Assembly: GCF_006345805.1 (NCBI RefSeq)
Contig: NC_043001.1
Span: 108,810,001-108,874,000 of the forward strand
DNA length: 64,000 nucleotides
Source: Octopus sinensis
Lineage: Eukaryota
Reading direction: 5' to 3'
The position numbers were made by a program, and so were the translations under genes. Positions 39,770 to 54,042 of the stretch are shown here, piece after piece. Numbering within the stretch: the first letter of the stretch is position 1; the number at the start of each line of letters is the position of its first letter. The notes below the pieces were generated by a model. It was not told the origin of the DNA. It saw only the letters and a program-made list of their open reading frames with translations, and did not search any database.

Positions 39770-40450
39770 GTTTCATATTTTAATACAAGGCCCGCAATTT
39801 TGGGTGAGCGGTAACTCGATTACATCATCACCAGTGCTCAAATTGTACATATTTTATCGACCCCCGAACGAATGAAAGGTGAAGTCGACCTCAGTGACAT
39901 TTGAACTCAGAACGTAAAGGCAGACGAAATGCCGCAAAGCATTTTGACCGGTGTGCTAACGATTCTGTCAGTTCGCCTCCTTAATAAGGACGCAGGACAG
40001 AATCGGGCTCAGATACGATGCGAACTTAAGACGCTGGGCGACAAAAACGAAGTATGGGAAAGCATTCAGTATTTTCTTTTTTGTTTGTTCAATTATTATC
40101 TATTTCTTTATTACCCACAAGGGGTTAAACACAGAGAGGACAAACAAGGACAGACAAACGGATTAGTCGATTATATCGACCCCAGTGCGTCACCGGTACT
40201 TAATTTTTCGATCCCGAAAGGATGAAAGGTAAAGTCGACCTTGGCGGAATTTGAACTCAGAATGCAGTGGCGGACGAAATACCACAAAGCATTTCGCCCG
40301 GCGTGCTAACGATTCTGCCAGCTCGCCGCCTTAATAAGGACAGGGCAGAATCGAGCTCAGATACGATGCGAACTTACGACGCTGGGCGACAAAAACGAAG
40401 TATGGAAAGGCATTCAGTATTTTCTTTTTTGTTTGTTCAATTATTATCTG
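39770..40450 (-). repeat. Tandem duplication of a SINE A copy plus ~130 bp flank
   Basis: CCTTAATAAGGAC...AGAATCG...CAGATACGATGCGAACTTA...GTTCAATTATTATCT occurs at ~39978 and ~40328. Confidence 0.85.
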
Positions 40451-41504
40451 TCAAATGAAGTTCTTCATCGCGTTTCTGCCAAACTCGCCACTGGCAGATA
40501 TCATACGATTATTAATTAGAATTATTATTCCATCAAATATTATTTACATTTTTAACATTATTATTCTTAACATAACAAAGCCATCATAACATGATTAATA
40601 CAAATTAAGATTTTCCCAAAACGCACAAGGAGAAAAAAAAATAGAAAAAAATAATTTACATCACAATTCATTGCATACACATTTTTTAAAAAAAGAAGTA
40701 TTTTTCTTTATATATATTTTTGTTATTTCATCATCTTTGTTTAAACTTTTCTCTTCTAACTTCACAAATGCGCTTGTTTATCCGATTAGTTTGAGATCAA
40801 CATGGCAACATAATTCTCTTTCGCTGTCTTACAGCTACAAACACGCCAATTAATTAAACTTAGTAGATATGAAAGAAATTATCTGTACTAAGTCTAATTA
40901 ATTGACATGTTAGGTGTACCTTATTTATTAGTTCTAAGGCTCCGGTTTTATAAAGTTGATGGCAAATATGATTGTTTAATTTCTATAAATTTCGCAAAAG
41001 CATTAGCGATGAAATTACTTTGAAATATATATTTTTTTAAAACATTATTCCTGATTAGTGCTGAACCAATTAAGCGTTACTAAAAGTGTTCAACAATCTT
41101 GAGAAATAAACTAAAAGATAAACCAGCGGAGAACCTCGTCAGTGTTTTACGTGGGTTTCTCTGCCCACAATAAAGACTCAAATCATTGTTATATTGCCTT
41201 GAATAAAGATAGGATAGAATTAGATAAAGAAATTCTAAAGATACCCTGAAAAGACAATCAGTCATGGCTGGAATTCCATTCAATTGATCATAAATATATA
41301 AATATATTCGACCAGGTCTAACCTGGGGTTAAATAAAACCAACAAGAATTTTTGATAATGAATGTTACTATGGTTTTATTACTTATATCTCTTTGAGAGT
41401 CTGCATGTGTAAACTCTGATGCAGTCATATCGTTGAATGTACAACCATATTCTGACATCGATTACATATGAAAAATGTCTTGGGTGATAGAAGAGAAAGC
41501 TCCT

Positions 41505-41975
41505 ACAGAGTGGTCTAAAATTCATTTGTACATTTTATATTATGACTTCTTTGATAATAAATTTTTTCAATTTTTTTTTGGGGGGGTTTAGACTACTGAC
41601 ATAATTCTTGAAAAATAACCATGGAGAAATTCACGATCGAACAAGTAAAAGTAATCAAATTTTATCAATAAAAATCAATTGTAACAACCAAAAGAGCTTA
41701 CATTCGTCATTTTCATGTCAGACAGCCCCTATCTAAGCAAGCGATGTTCAACTTATTCCAGCGGTTTCAACAATAAGGGGCTATGATCCATTTACCACGT
41801 GTGAGAAGGCAATATCTAGGAAGTTCTCAGGATAACATTTAGCGTGTGTAACGGAGCATTGAAGAAAAGCTTCCAGCATCAAGCCAAAGGCAGTCCCAAA
41901 GCTCATGACGACGGATTTAAAAGATGCTGAATTTATTCCCATATAAAGTGCAGCTGAAGCCAGCTGATTCTCGGC
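41505..41975 (+). mobile_element. Tc1/mariner (maT/rosa-like) relic, 5' end and transposase N-terminus
   Basis: TACAGAGTGGTC terminus-like start. From 41621 it reads MEKFTIEQ.VKVIKFY...PLSKQAMFNLFQRF...NLFPYKVQL with stops. Confidence 0.6.
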
Positions 41976-42406
41976 TACGACTAGTGTCTGCTTCCCTGAT
42001 CAAGAAACTTTAAATTTACACTCTACAATACTGGAGCCAAGCCTCTGTAAATTGTAGGAAAGTAAGCTATAGGTTCGTAGTTTTTCGGGTTTGTTGTTTG
42101 GGGATTAAAATGCTTTTCCTCTCAGTGTTGTCAGCTCTGTTAGTATCCCATTAAACATCCCTGATAGCACCTTAGTATTCTCTGTTAAATATTTTATGCA
42201 AAATCTTAACAGTTTTATAATTCCTAAAGCCTACCAGTTGTTTTGTTCTTAGTGCATCTGGGCTTGTTGTGGTATCCTATGATTTTTCAAATACTCTGTA
42301 GCTTATTTTGAATAATCTCCCTTGTGCTTATTGGCTGCCTATATTTCTGCCTGAATCGTCTGCTCACGTTCTTGGTGTTGCGTTAATATTTATATTATTT
42401 ACAAGG

Positions 42407-43190
42407 TGGTGAGCTGGCAGAAACGTTAGCACACCGTCCGAAATTCAGTTCTGAGTTCAAATTCCGTCGAGGTCGACTTTGCATTTCATCCTTTCGAGGT
42501 CGATAAATCAAATATCAGTTGCGTACTGGGTCGATCTAATCGATTGGCCCCTCCCCACAAAATGTAGAGCCTTGTGCCTAGAGTAGAAAAGAATATATTT
42601 CATATCTAAGACGGCGAGCTGGCAGAAACGTTAGCACGCCGGGAGAAATGCATAGCGGTATTTCGTCTGTCTTTACATTCTGGGTTCAAATTCCGCCGAG
42701 GTCGATTTTGCCTTCCATCCTTTCGGGGTCGATAAATTAAGTACCAGTTCCGCACTGGGGTCGATGTAATCGACTTAATACCTATATCTGTCCTTGTTTG
42801 TCCCCTCTATGTTTAACCCCTTGTGGGTAATAAAGAAATAGGTATTTCGTTTGTCTTTACATTCTGAGTTCAAATTCCGCCGAGGTCGATTTTGCCTTCC
42901 ATCCTTTCGGGGTCGATAAATTAAGTACCAGTTCCGCACTGGGGTCGATGTAATCGACTTAATACCTATGTCTGTCCTTGTTTGTTCCCTCTTTGTTTAA
43001 CCCCTTGTGGGTAATAAAGAAATAGGTATTCGTCTGTCTCTACATTCTGAGTTCAAATTTCGCCGAGGTTGACTTTGCTTTTCATCCTTTCGGGGTTGAT
43101 AAATCAAGTACCAGTCGCGTACTGGGGTCGATCTAATCGATTGGTAACCTCCCCCCAAATTTCGAGCCTTGTGCCTAGAGTAGAAAAGAA
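42407..43190 (+). mobile_element. SINE family A: monomer (42407-42592) and trimer (42609-43190)
   Basis: Trimer unit markers ACATTCTG at 42675, 42859 and 43042 (periods 184 and 183). Confidence 0.9.
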
Positions 43191-43637
43191 TATTTATATT
43201 ATTTTCACGAAGTTCTTAAAATCATTTTAGGTTGGAAACAGACTTTGTTCTGCTCTAAGAATTTTTGTCTTTTCATACAGATAGATTCTTTGTGATTTTT
43301 GGTCTCGAATATTTATTTTATCGCTGTGTTTATGTTTCTCTATTATTTGTTACTCTTTTTTCTTCGGTTGTTATTTCTTTATTGTTAGTGTTAATGATTA
43401 AGAGCTCTTTATCTTTTTTTTATGTATTTGTTTTATACGTACATTTGATAGATTCAAAATACCTTTATGAATACACGAGAAGGCACCTCCATTCAAAGTA
43501 CCCATTAAACGGTTCAACATTTAGTCGCTTCAATTTGAATGATATGGTTTTTATTTATTTCTCATTTTTGTATGGGGTGGTAGGGTACGGTATCGATCTG
43601 CTATTGATATAGAATAACATGAATAATAACCCGTATT

Positions 43638-43672
<35 letters not shown>

Positions 43673-43718
43673 TATTATTATTATTATTATTATTGTTGTT
43701 GTTGTTGTTGTTATTATT

Positions 43719-45012
43719 AAGGCGGCGAGCTGGCAGAATTGTTAGCACGCCGGCAAAATGCTTAGCGCTATTTCGTCTGCTGCTACGTTCTGAGTTCAAA
43801 TTCCGCCGAGGTCGACTTTGCCTTTCACCCTTTCGGGGTCGTTTAAATAAGTACCAGTTACGCACTGGGGGCGATATAATCGACTGAATCCGTTTGTATG
43901 TCTTTGTTTGTCCTCTCCTTGTTTAGCCCCTTGTGGGTAGTAAAGAAATAGAAATAGGTATTTCGTCTGCTGCTACGTTCTGAGTTCAAATTCCACCGAG
44001 GTCGACTTTATTTTTCATTATTTTGGAGTCGATAAATAAAGTACCAGTGAAACACTGGGGTCGAAATAATGAACTAGTCCCCTCCTCCAAATTGTGCCTT
44101 TCGTAGAAATTACTATTATCATTATTATCCACAGCGGCGAGGTGGAAGAATCATCACAGAATCGAACAAAATTCTTAAGGGTATTTCTTCTGGCCCTTTA
44201 CTTACTAAGTTCAAACTTCTCTGAGGTCGACTTTGCCTTTTATCCCCTCGGGGTCGATAAATTAGTACCAGTCAAGCACTGGGGTCGATGTAATTGACAA
44301 GCTCCTCCCCTAAAACTTTCAAACCTTGTACCTATAATAGAAAGGATTGTTATTGTTGTGGTTTGATATGCCCAGACACGACCTGAAGGGCTCAATGAAA
44401 CGAGAAAACAATTTTTACCTTCTTCCGTAAGGAACTCGGGTGGGTCAATTTTTAGGACTGATTCAGACGATAGCTGTATTCTTACATCTGACATCAGGCG
44501 TTCTGCATAAACCCACACCGATATCGGCAGAATTTGAACGCAGAACGTAGACAGACGAAATACCTATTTCTTTACTACCTACAAGGGGCTAAACACAGAG
44601 GGGACAAATAAGGACAGAAAAACGGATTAAGTCGATTACATCGAACCCAGTGCGTAACTGGTACTTATTTAATCGACCCCGAAAGGATGAAAGGCAAAGT
44701 CGACCTCGGGGGAATTTGAACTTAGAACGTAACGGCAGACGAAATACCGCTAAGCATTTCGCCCGGCGTGCTAACGTTTCTTATTTCTTTATTGCCCACA
44801 AGGGGCTAAACATAGAGGGGACAAACAAGAACAGACAAACGGATTAAGTCGATTACGTCGACCCCAGTGCGTAACTGGTACTTATTTAATCGACCCCGAA
44901 AGGATGAAAGGCAAAGTCGACCTCGGCGGAATTTGAACTTAGAACGTAACGGCAGACGAAATACCGCTAAGCATTTCGCCCGGTGTGCTAACGTTTCTGC
45001 CAGCTCGCCGCC
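43719..45012. mobile_element. Cluster of SINE family A copies (+ at 43719-44105 and 44150-44345; - at 44520-45012)
   Basis: Head and core motifs as above. Confidence 0.85.
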
Positions 45013-45921
45013 TTCTTACCACACAGCCACATCTGCGCCTATTCCTGGGTAATATTTTTTTTTTTCGTTTAAGGCCAGTGGAGTACACGAGCTGTAGAGA
45101 GCTTGATAGTATTCTTCAGCATTCAAGTACCTCATTATCATTATTATTTCGTGTATTTATTATTATTTTCATTTTTGAAAATTGTTATTATCTTCACGTT
45201 TTTCAAACAGATTCATATGAAAATTTCATTATAACATTAAGTACACTTCTAAACTTCTCGAGTGTGTTTCCAGTAATGTTGTGTGTTATAAGTTTTTGTT
45301 GTCGCTGTTGTTGTTTAACCCCAGGTCAGACCTAACTGAGCAGACACAAGATAAAGCAGTTACATCTATGACATGATGGATATAGGACTACGTTATTCAA
45401 TGTAACTGTACTCTTCATGTAATCTGAGGAGGTTTTAGATGCTATTTCCAACAGGTGGAGCTACTACTTACAGGCTAAATACACATTGTGTATCTAAGAC
45501 TACATTATCGAATGTGTGTTTCCAATTTTATTGAGAGGAAATTGTGACATTTAAGAGATTTGGCAGCTATTTCTGGTTGTGGGTCTACCACGTAGAGCCC
45601 TTCTCTTTGGCTTACGTAGGCATTTTTGCCGTCAAATTGTAGCCCTAAGTCAAGTTTTATAGAGAAAACCAGAGGTGGTCATGGAAATTTCGGAGGAGAA
45701 TACAAATGCGGTTTCCTATTATATTCCTTCAGATGTTATTTACAAGGCGCCATCTTGTTAAATATAAGCAATTACGAGAGAATGAGATAAAAAAAAAGAG
45801 TAAGAAGAAAGCAGAATCGAAGCCGATATTCCAGAGGTTGTTTATTTATCGACCTCAAAAGGATAAACTTCGCAGTGACCTTGGAACACGTACAGATCCA
45901 GGTCATTTACCGCCAGTTAAA

Positions 45922-46211
45922 GGGCGGCGAGCTGGCAGAAACGTTAGCACGCCGGGCGAAATGCTGAGCGGTATTTCGTCTGCCGTTACGTTCTGAGTTC
46001 AAATTCCGCTGAGGTAGTAAAGAAATGGGTATTTCGTCTGTCTTTATGTTCTGAGTTCAAATTCCAGTGAGGTCGACTTTGCCTTTCATCCTTTCGGGGT
46101 CGATAAATTACGTACCAGTTAGGCACTGGGGTCGATGTAAGCGACTTAATCCGTTAGTCTGTCCTTGTTTGTCCCCTCAATGTTTAGCCCCTTGTGGGTA
46201 ATAAAGAAACA
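45922..46211 (+). mobile_element. SINE family A with 15 bp target-site duplication
   Basis: CATTTACCGCCAGTT at 45904-45918 and 46212-46226. Confidence 0.9.
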
Positions 46212-46904
46212 CATTTACCGCCAGTTCTTCTATTCGACTCTCTAGCAACGTTGCTGCCAATTTGCCGTATTATGCGTGTAATAGGAAGCAGTAATAAACT
46301 GCTCCCGATTCCACCAACTGTCGTCCATTCTATGTAAAAATTGAACTTGGATACAATAATAGGAAATCTTTAATATCGAACACATAGAATTGTTCAGCGA
46401 TTGGAAGAAATGAGAATGTAAAAAAAAGAGGAGAAAGACGTAATTTGATAGATTAATAAATAAAGCCTTTTTATATAGTTCATTTAGCATCCCACAAAAA
46501 ATACAGAAATATAAAAAAAAAGGCAAAAAATAATTTTTTCCTTTCTCTATTTTATTATTTTTCTATTTTTTTTAATTATTTCCTTAGAAGTAAAAAAAAG
46601 TAAAAACAAAAGAAACTGCCATCAAAAGCTATCTGCTGAAACAATTCCTTTCATTCAAGCGATTTTAATGTTTAATTTCTGTTGCACGATATCACGCTGT
46701 ACTTGTTACCATGGTAACACTATATGTAGGGTTTTGTTGCTTTTTTGTCGTTGTTGAGATTTTTAACCAAAGTGGTTGAGGCGAACTATTTGTGTCGTAT
46801 TTTGTGTTTGTATTGGCACCATAGATACTATCTTTTAATATATCCAAAGTCTAGCAATGAAACTGTTCTCACATTTTAATACAGAGTTTATGATTCATTA
46901 TTTT

Positions 46905-47407
46905 ATATTGCATTTTGAAATAAGGCGGCGAGCTGGGAGAATCGTTAGCAAGATAGGCGAAATGGTTAGCGGTATTTCATCTGCTGTTACGTTCTGAGTT
47001 CAAATTCCCCCGAGGTGGACTCTGTTTTTTATCCTTTCGGAGTCGATAAATTAAGTACCAGTTGTGTACTGGGGTCGATGTTATCGACTAGTCCCTTCTC
47101 CACAAATTTCAGGCATTGTGCCCTTAATAGAAAGGATATTGTTCCCTTAATAGAAACGAAATTACATTTTGAAATAAGGCGGCGAGCTGGGAGAATCGTT
47201 AGCAAGATAGGCGAAATGGTTAGCGGTATTTCATCTGCTGTTACGTTCTGAGTTCAAATTCCCCCGAGGTGGACTCTGTTTTTTATCCTTTCGGAGTCGA
47301 TAAATTAAGTACCAGTTGTGTACTGGGGTCGATGTTATCGACTAGTCCCTTCTCCACAAATTTCAGGCATTGTGCCCTTAATAGAAAGGATATTACATTT
47401 TGAAATA
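46905..47407 (+). mobile_element. Tandem dimer of a SINE A copy between TSD-like sequences
   Basis: Two essentially identical copies. ATATT(G/A)CATTTTGAAATA at 46905 and 47390, with a partial third copy between the units. Confidence 0.9.
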
Positions 47408-47494
47408 CAATTTTTATTTTTTGGAACCTAAAATCGTTGATGCGCTTCATACATACGTCTTTCATCCTCACCGTCTCCCTTACTATCTTTTATA

Positions 47495-47879
47495 TTTTAC
47501 TTGTTCCAGTCATATGACTGCGACCGAGCTGGAACACTGCCTTGACTCAACCCTAATAATTCTTTTTCTTTTTTTAAGAGTGGTACCTATTGTATAAGTC
47601 TCTTTTGTCGAACCGTTAAGTTACGGGGACGCAAACATGTCAACACCGGTTGTCAAGCAGTAGTGGAGGACATACACGGACACAAAGACACACGCACACA
47701 CACATATATGTATACGACTGGCTTCTTTTCAGTTTCCGTCTACTATATCCATTCGCAAGGCTTTGGTCGGCCCGAAGCTATAACAGAAGACACTTACCCA
47801 AGTTGCCTCCCAGTGGGACTGAACCTGGAACCATGTGGTTGAGAAGCAAACGTCTTACAATACAACCACATCTGCGCCA
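47495..47879 (-). mobile_element. CORE-like SINE family B, full length
   Basis: Reverse complement reads from a head GGCGCAGATGTGGTTG...GGTTCAGTCCC to a 3' end CAGTCATATGACTGGAACAAGTAAAA. Confidence 0.85.
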
Positions 47880-48854
47880 TCTGTAAACAGCGACAGGCAT
47901 TCGTCTATTTATACTGATCCTGTTTCCAAATATATAACACAAAAGTTTCCGATGAGCAAACAGACAGCTATTGGATGCTCTTTATGTCACTACACGTTCT
48001 GTTCGGACATTACAACCACTAACAATCTGTATTTTTCTAGAAATAAAATATTTATTTTTCACATTCTCTCTTATTTTTATGTCCTTTCATCGTTTTTGTC
48101 TCTCTCAGTCAGCTCAAACTTTCAATTAGCTTCTCACCAAAATACGTGTTCAAAAATGTGTTGAAAACTTAATTAGTCTCAAACGATCTCTTACGATAGA
48201 AAATCAAATTAATTAAGCAATAATGACTAGTGATACCAGTGGAATTTTCTCGATTATTTTGTAAACAATAGGCTAGTTGGACGTTTATAGACAACTCTGA
48301 AATACATAATTTCTTTGTAAATTGAATCTATAACAGATCACGGATTCGATTTCATTCCATGGATATAGTGGTGTATCCGAACTATATCGATAGTCGCAGA
48401 ATAATGTGTGTGTGGTTGAGAAGATTTCTTTCTAACCTGCGCGACGGTATTCTACTGTAGGCCCGGGGGATACCTTGTGAGTAGATATTGGAGACGGAAA
48501 CTGGGAGAAGCCCGTCATACATACATACTCACACATATATATATATACATACATACATACATACATACATACATACATACTTACACATATATGTATGTGC
48601 ATACATGCATACATATACATGGATGTGTTTGTGTGCGTGTGTGTGTGTGTTATTATTTTTTTTCTTTTGGGTGGCACCTCTGAAAACCTCGCCAATTACT
48701 GGCCGAAAGTTTGGGTGGATGGGTGGAAATCCACGTCTTATGTACTGTTGTGATAGTTAAAACAAAATCCTAGGAGACTGATATTAGTCTATATTTGCAT
48801 GACATCTGTCATTTTAAAAAATCGAATGAAAATTTCAATAAAATTGCCGTCTGG

Positions 48855-49480
48855 AGTTGAAATCCAACGTTTCGGATGAAGTTCCTTCTTCAAAGTAAAG
48901 TTGGCGGAAGGGAAATATAAGAAAGACAGAAGAGTTCTACATCTCCTATACATAAGAAGCTGACTGCAACTGGTGAGGAACGCACGGTAACGTGAGCTTC
49001 ATACGGAGAGTGGATGTAGGAGGAGAGTGAGACTGCGTGAGAGAGACAGAAAGTAAGAGAAATAAAGTGAGAACGAGAAAGTCTCGAGGATGAGGATGAG
49101 GCAGTGAGAGGGGAGCTGAAGGATAAGAAAGGGTTTAAGCGGATGTGTAGGGATAATCCTTGTGAAATTTGATCAACCATGCCATGCCCTGGCATTGATT
49201 TCCCTATCTTATTTTTAGGAAATATAACCTGCAAGACTACATTATCTAATATATTTTTCCTTTTTTTACAGATGATAAAATGTGCTCCTAAAAGGAATTT
49301 GGTTGCTATTTTTAGCAGGTTGGGCAAACAAAGAGAGACTTCCACGATTGACGAGTTTACTGCAGCAGGAAAGAAAAAAAAACAAACATGGAGATGTCGG
49401 GTTATCCACAGACAAGTAAATTAGTTTACGTGCTTGCAACAGATTGGTTTCCGTTAGAGGCACCCAAAAGTCAGGGAGAC
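48855..49480 (-). mobile_element. Possible old Penelope-like relic with a terminal HHR-like motif
   Basis: Minus strand QIPFRSTFYHL...VIFPK resembles the PLE linker. UUGAAGA-A-GGA-acuuca-UCC-GAAACGUU lies at ~48862-48895. Weak. Confidence 0.35.
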
Positions 49481-50833
49481 GGTTTTAACGAATGTTAAAC
49501 CGAAAGACGGATTAAGTTTATTATTTGAATGTTTATAATGGCGGCGAGCAAGCAGAATCGTTAGCACGCTGGGCAAATGCTTAGCGATATTTCGCCTGTC
49601 TTCACGTTCTGAGTTCAAATTTCGCCGAGGTCGACTTGGCCTTTCATCCTTTCGGGGTCAGTAAAATAAGTACCAGCTGAATAATGGGGTCAATGTAATC
49701 GAAAATTTGAAACCGTTGTTTAATCGTACAACCGCAGATTATTTCTGATCGAATAAATTTACGAATAGTTATAGTTGGGTCAAAAATAATCCAGCTGTAA
49801 AGTTGAAGTCCTTTCTCAGACATAGTGTATCTAGGTTTACATGATCAAAATGTTTTCTTTCTTATTTAAGATAACTGGATTTAACAGGGTTGAGGTCTGA
49901 TCGCTGTTTGTAACGTGGCTGTTAGTAGTGGTAGGGATATTGGCGGTGGAGATGATGGTGTTGCTATTGTTATTTGACTCAATGTTAGCACTGATTGATA
50001 AAATGCGTTCCAGATGTGACCACTCATATATTTTTCTGTCATAGTGCATCTAAGACTTCACTTTTCTGTGTAGTCCTATTTTTCTTAAAGCGGTTAGTAT
50101 GATTTTAAAGAGATTAACTTCTACTCTAGGTCGAGCGACTGATTTCTTGTTTAGGTGAAAGGTTAAATGAGAAAAGTGACAATACATTTCATAGACGCCA
50201 AGTTTTAAATGGAAGTCGATGAAAGGGCTGCACAGAGATGAAGAGCTTAGAGGATGACTGCGGTATTTAAATACAGAATGCAACATAGAAATCAAATCAC
50301 TGTTTCAGGTTTTGGAATCGATCCCTATACATGATTGGTACTTTATTTCATTTACTCCGACAGGGTGAAAAGAATCGTTAACTTTGAAAGGATTTCAACT
50401 TTCGCGAAAGTAAATGGTCAATCTGTTGCCTTGACACCGTTTCTATACTGTAAATCATTTATTACTATTTTTAATCGTTTTGTGCAAATTCAGTAATGGT
50501 AGTTGTTCTTGGTTAGCATCTGTCATTTTGTTTTTTGTCACTGCGAATCAGTCAATGAATAGTTTGCTCTCTGACATTTTCATCAGAAGTGAAAGCTATT
50601 AAATGTATTCGCCCGGATTTCTTAAATTCCTACTTTCTCTAACCCTAAACACATACACACATATCCACATACATACATCCACACACACATAAATACATAC
50701 ATACATACAAACCTATCTACATACTGATTCTTTATTACCCACAAGGGGCGGAACCTATCTACATACATACAGCCTGACAGGCATACATACACTCAGAAGT
50801 CCTTCTCTCTCTCTCTTTCTTACACATACACAC

Positions 50834-50886
<53 letters not shown>

Positions 50887-50888
50887 AT

Positions 50889-51710
50889 GTCTTGCAAACA
50901 AGACATATATACATACAATCATATATATAAATATATCCCAGCGCATGGTTTAAGTTCTCTCTCATTCTCTTTTTCTGTACACACACACACACACACTCAC
51001 ACGCACACACACATATGACAAATCAAAACAAATACGGCACCGAAGCGTGTCATGCACTTTGTGAGGTTATGCACCATTACACACACACAGAGTATAACAA
51101 CCAAGTAAACGAAAAGCACGCAACAGATCGAAATGAATCAACATGTATGGTCTAATGAGCTTAATTATTTATAAAAAAAGCAATAATTATTCAACAAATC
51201 ATGTCCAAATCATACACACATACGACAGAAGATGAGAAGAACAAAACATTTAAGATATGAAAAATTACAACACAAAAACCTAAACGAAAATAAATCCAAA
51301 CAAAAAGCAAAAAGGAAGCAAAACGATAACAAGAAAAAGAGCAAAAATAAAGAAGAAAATATGAGGAAATGTGTCAAATAGATAATAAACCTTCATATTT
51401 CTTTAGGTTAATAAGATGTCAATAAAATCCTGATCAGGAACGAGTTTAGTATTTGATTATTTCTTTTGCTGTCAATACGTGTCGTAGAATCAGATGTCGC
51501 CATTAAGTGATTCTTCCTCACACTCTCATCATTCACTCCTCCTACTCTTTCTCTTATATATATGTATATATATATATATGAGGGTGTGGGAGTGAATATA
51601 TATATGTAAATCACAACTCCTCCTCTCTCTCTCTGCACAAATACACAGACACGAGCACACGAATATCGAATGTACGTATATTTAAATACATACGTACACA
51701 TACACCGACA

Positions 51711-51783
<73 letters not shown>

Positions 51784-52603
51784 GTCTTGCAAACAAGACA
51801 TATATACATACAATCATATATATAAATATATCCCAGCGCATGGTTTAAGTTCTCTCTCATTCTCTTTTTCTGTACACACACACACACACACTCACACGCA
51901 CACACACATATGACAAATCAAAACAAATACGGCACCGAAGCGTGTCATGCACTTTGTGAGGTTATGCACCATTACACACACACAGAGTATAACAACCAAG
52001 TAAACGAAAAGCACGCAACAGATCGAAATGAATCAACATGTATGGTCTAATGAGCTTAATTATTTATAAAAAAAGCAATAATTATTCAACAAATCATGTC
52101 CAAATCATACACACATACGACAGAAGATGAGAAGAACAAAACATTTAAGATATGAAAAATTACAACACAAAAACCTAAACGAAAATAAATCCAAACAAAA
52201 AGCAAAAAGGAAGCAAAACGATAACAAGAAAAAGAGCAAAAATAAAGAAGAAAATATGAGGAAATGTGTCAAATAGATAATAAACCTTCATATTTCTTTA
52301 GGTTAATAAGATGTCAATAAAATCCTGATCAGGAACGAGTTTAGTATTTAATTATTTCTTTTGCTGTCAATACGTGTCGTAGAATCAGATGTCGCCATTA
52401 AGTGATTCTTCCTCACACTCTCATCATTCACTCCTCCTACTCTTTCTCTTATATATATGTATATATATATATGAGGGTGTGGGAGTGAATATATATATGT
52501 AAATCACAACTCCTCCTCTCTCTCTCTGCACAAATACACAGACACGAGCACACGAATATCGAATGTACGTATATTTAAATACATACGTACACATACACCG
52601 ACA

Positions 52604-52679
<76 letters not shown>

Positions 52680-52880
52680 AATATATACCAGCGCATGGTT
52701 TATGTTCTCTCTCATTTTCATTTTCTGTACACGCACGTACACACACACACACACACACCACACACACACACACACACATATATTCATAAATATATAAATA
52801 TATGCCAGCGCACGGTTTAAGTTATCTCTCATTCTCTTTTTCTGCACACACACACACACACACACACACATGCAGGCACA
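50889..52880. repeat. Tandem repeat: two near-identical ~895 bp units plus short diverged partials
   Basis: GTCTTGCAAACAAGACATATATAC at 50889 and 51784. CCAGCGCA(T/C)GGTTTA recurs near 52688 and 52805. Confidence 0.95.
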
Positions 52881-52892
52881 CACAAGTCAGCA

Positions 52893-53253
52893 CACATATG
52901 TCGTGGCACTTCGTTGGTTATGGCGACGAGGGTTCCAGTTGATCCGATTAACGGAACAGCGTGCTCCTGAAATTAACGTGCAAGTGGCTGAGCACTCCAC
53001 TGACACGTGTACTTTGTAATCCTCGGGGAGATTCAGCGTGAAATACAGGCACAACAGAAACAGGAAGAAAGAGTGAGAAAAAGTTGTGGTGAAAGAGTAC
53101 AGCAGGGTTCGCCACCACCTACTGCCAGAGTCACGTGAACTTTTTGGGTGTTTTCGCTCAATAAACACTCACAACGCACGGTCTGAGAATCGAAACTGCG
53201 ATCCTACGACCGCAAGTCCGCAGCCCTAACCGCTGGGCCATTGCGCCTCCACT
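52893..53253 (-). mobile_element. SINE family D
   Basis: Reverse complement of 14175-14540. Confidence 0.85.
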
Positions 53254-53702
53254 CACATATGTATATATAATCTGACGATGGCGCTTATGTTTCTCTTCCT
53301 ACATTTTTCAACTTATCAAAAGAGCTTACATTAACATATAAATGAATCAACGACATGAAAGTGCACAACAAAGCTAAGTTATAACTCCTAATGTTAATGT
53401 GAAAAAGCCGTTTGTGAAAATTTATTATATAAAAGCTTTCTACTAAAATAATTCTAAATGAGGAATTTTGAAAGGGAACTAAACGCTGATTATTGCATAG
53501 TATGTATATTAATTATTGTGTAAGGGAATTAATTCACATGATCACAAGTCAGTTAATGAAATTTAAGCTTTCTTTCATGTTAAGTTTACAGAATAAGCGT
53601 ACGTCATAGGAATAAATATTTAAAATACCACATTAAAAAATTGGAAATTGCATTCATGAGAACAAATGTATATTAGAAAGAATGATGTGCATCAAAAGAT
53701 GT

Positions 53703-53950
53703 AATTACCTTCGCCTTAGCGAAGGCGGAGGTATTGTTTTTCAGTCGTGTTTGTTTGTTTATCCGTGGACAAGATATCTCAAGAACTGCAGGGTGGATTC
53801 GCATGAAACTTTCAGGAATGTTTGGCCTCGTGACTGCCACGAAATGATTAGATTTTGAGATCGATCCGGTACCGGGCAAGCATTCTGAATTATTTTTTGG
53901 TTTTCCTTTTTACTTAATTTTTGAGAGCGGTCAGTTTTACTTTTAATATT
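53703..53950 (+). mobile_element. Helentron/Helitron-associated non-autonomous element (HINE/DINE-like)
   Basis: Starts ATTACCTTCGCC...GGCGGAGGTATTG (short subterminal hairpin), then (GTTT)n and GGATTCGCATGAAACTTT, the typical layout of such elements. Confidence 0.45.
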
Positions 53951-54042
53951 CTCGTTCCGTATAGGGGTTGGATAGCATTATGTGTGTATGGGTGTGTGAG
54001 TGACATATGTGTGTGTAGGTGTGTGCGTGATATATATATATA

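Noticed and set aside
48890-49345. 151 aa minus-strand ORF as a gene
   Set aside because: It is low-complexity and Ser/Leu-rich, overlaps a probable decayed PLE tail, and has no recognisable domain.
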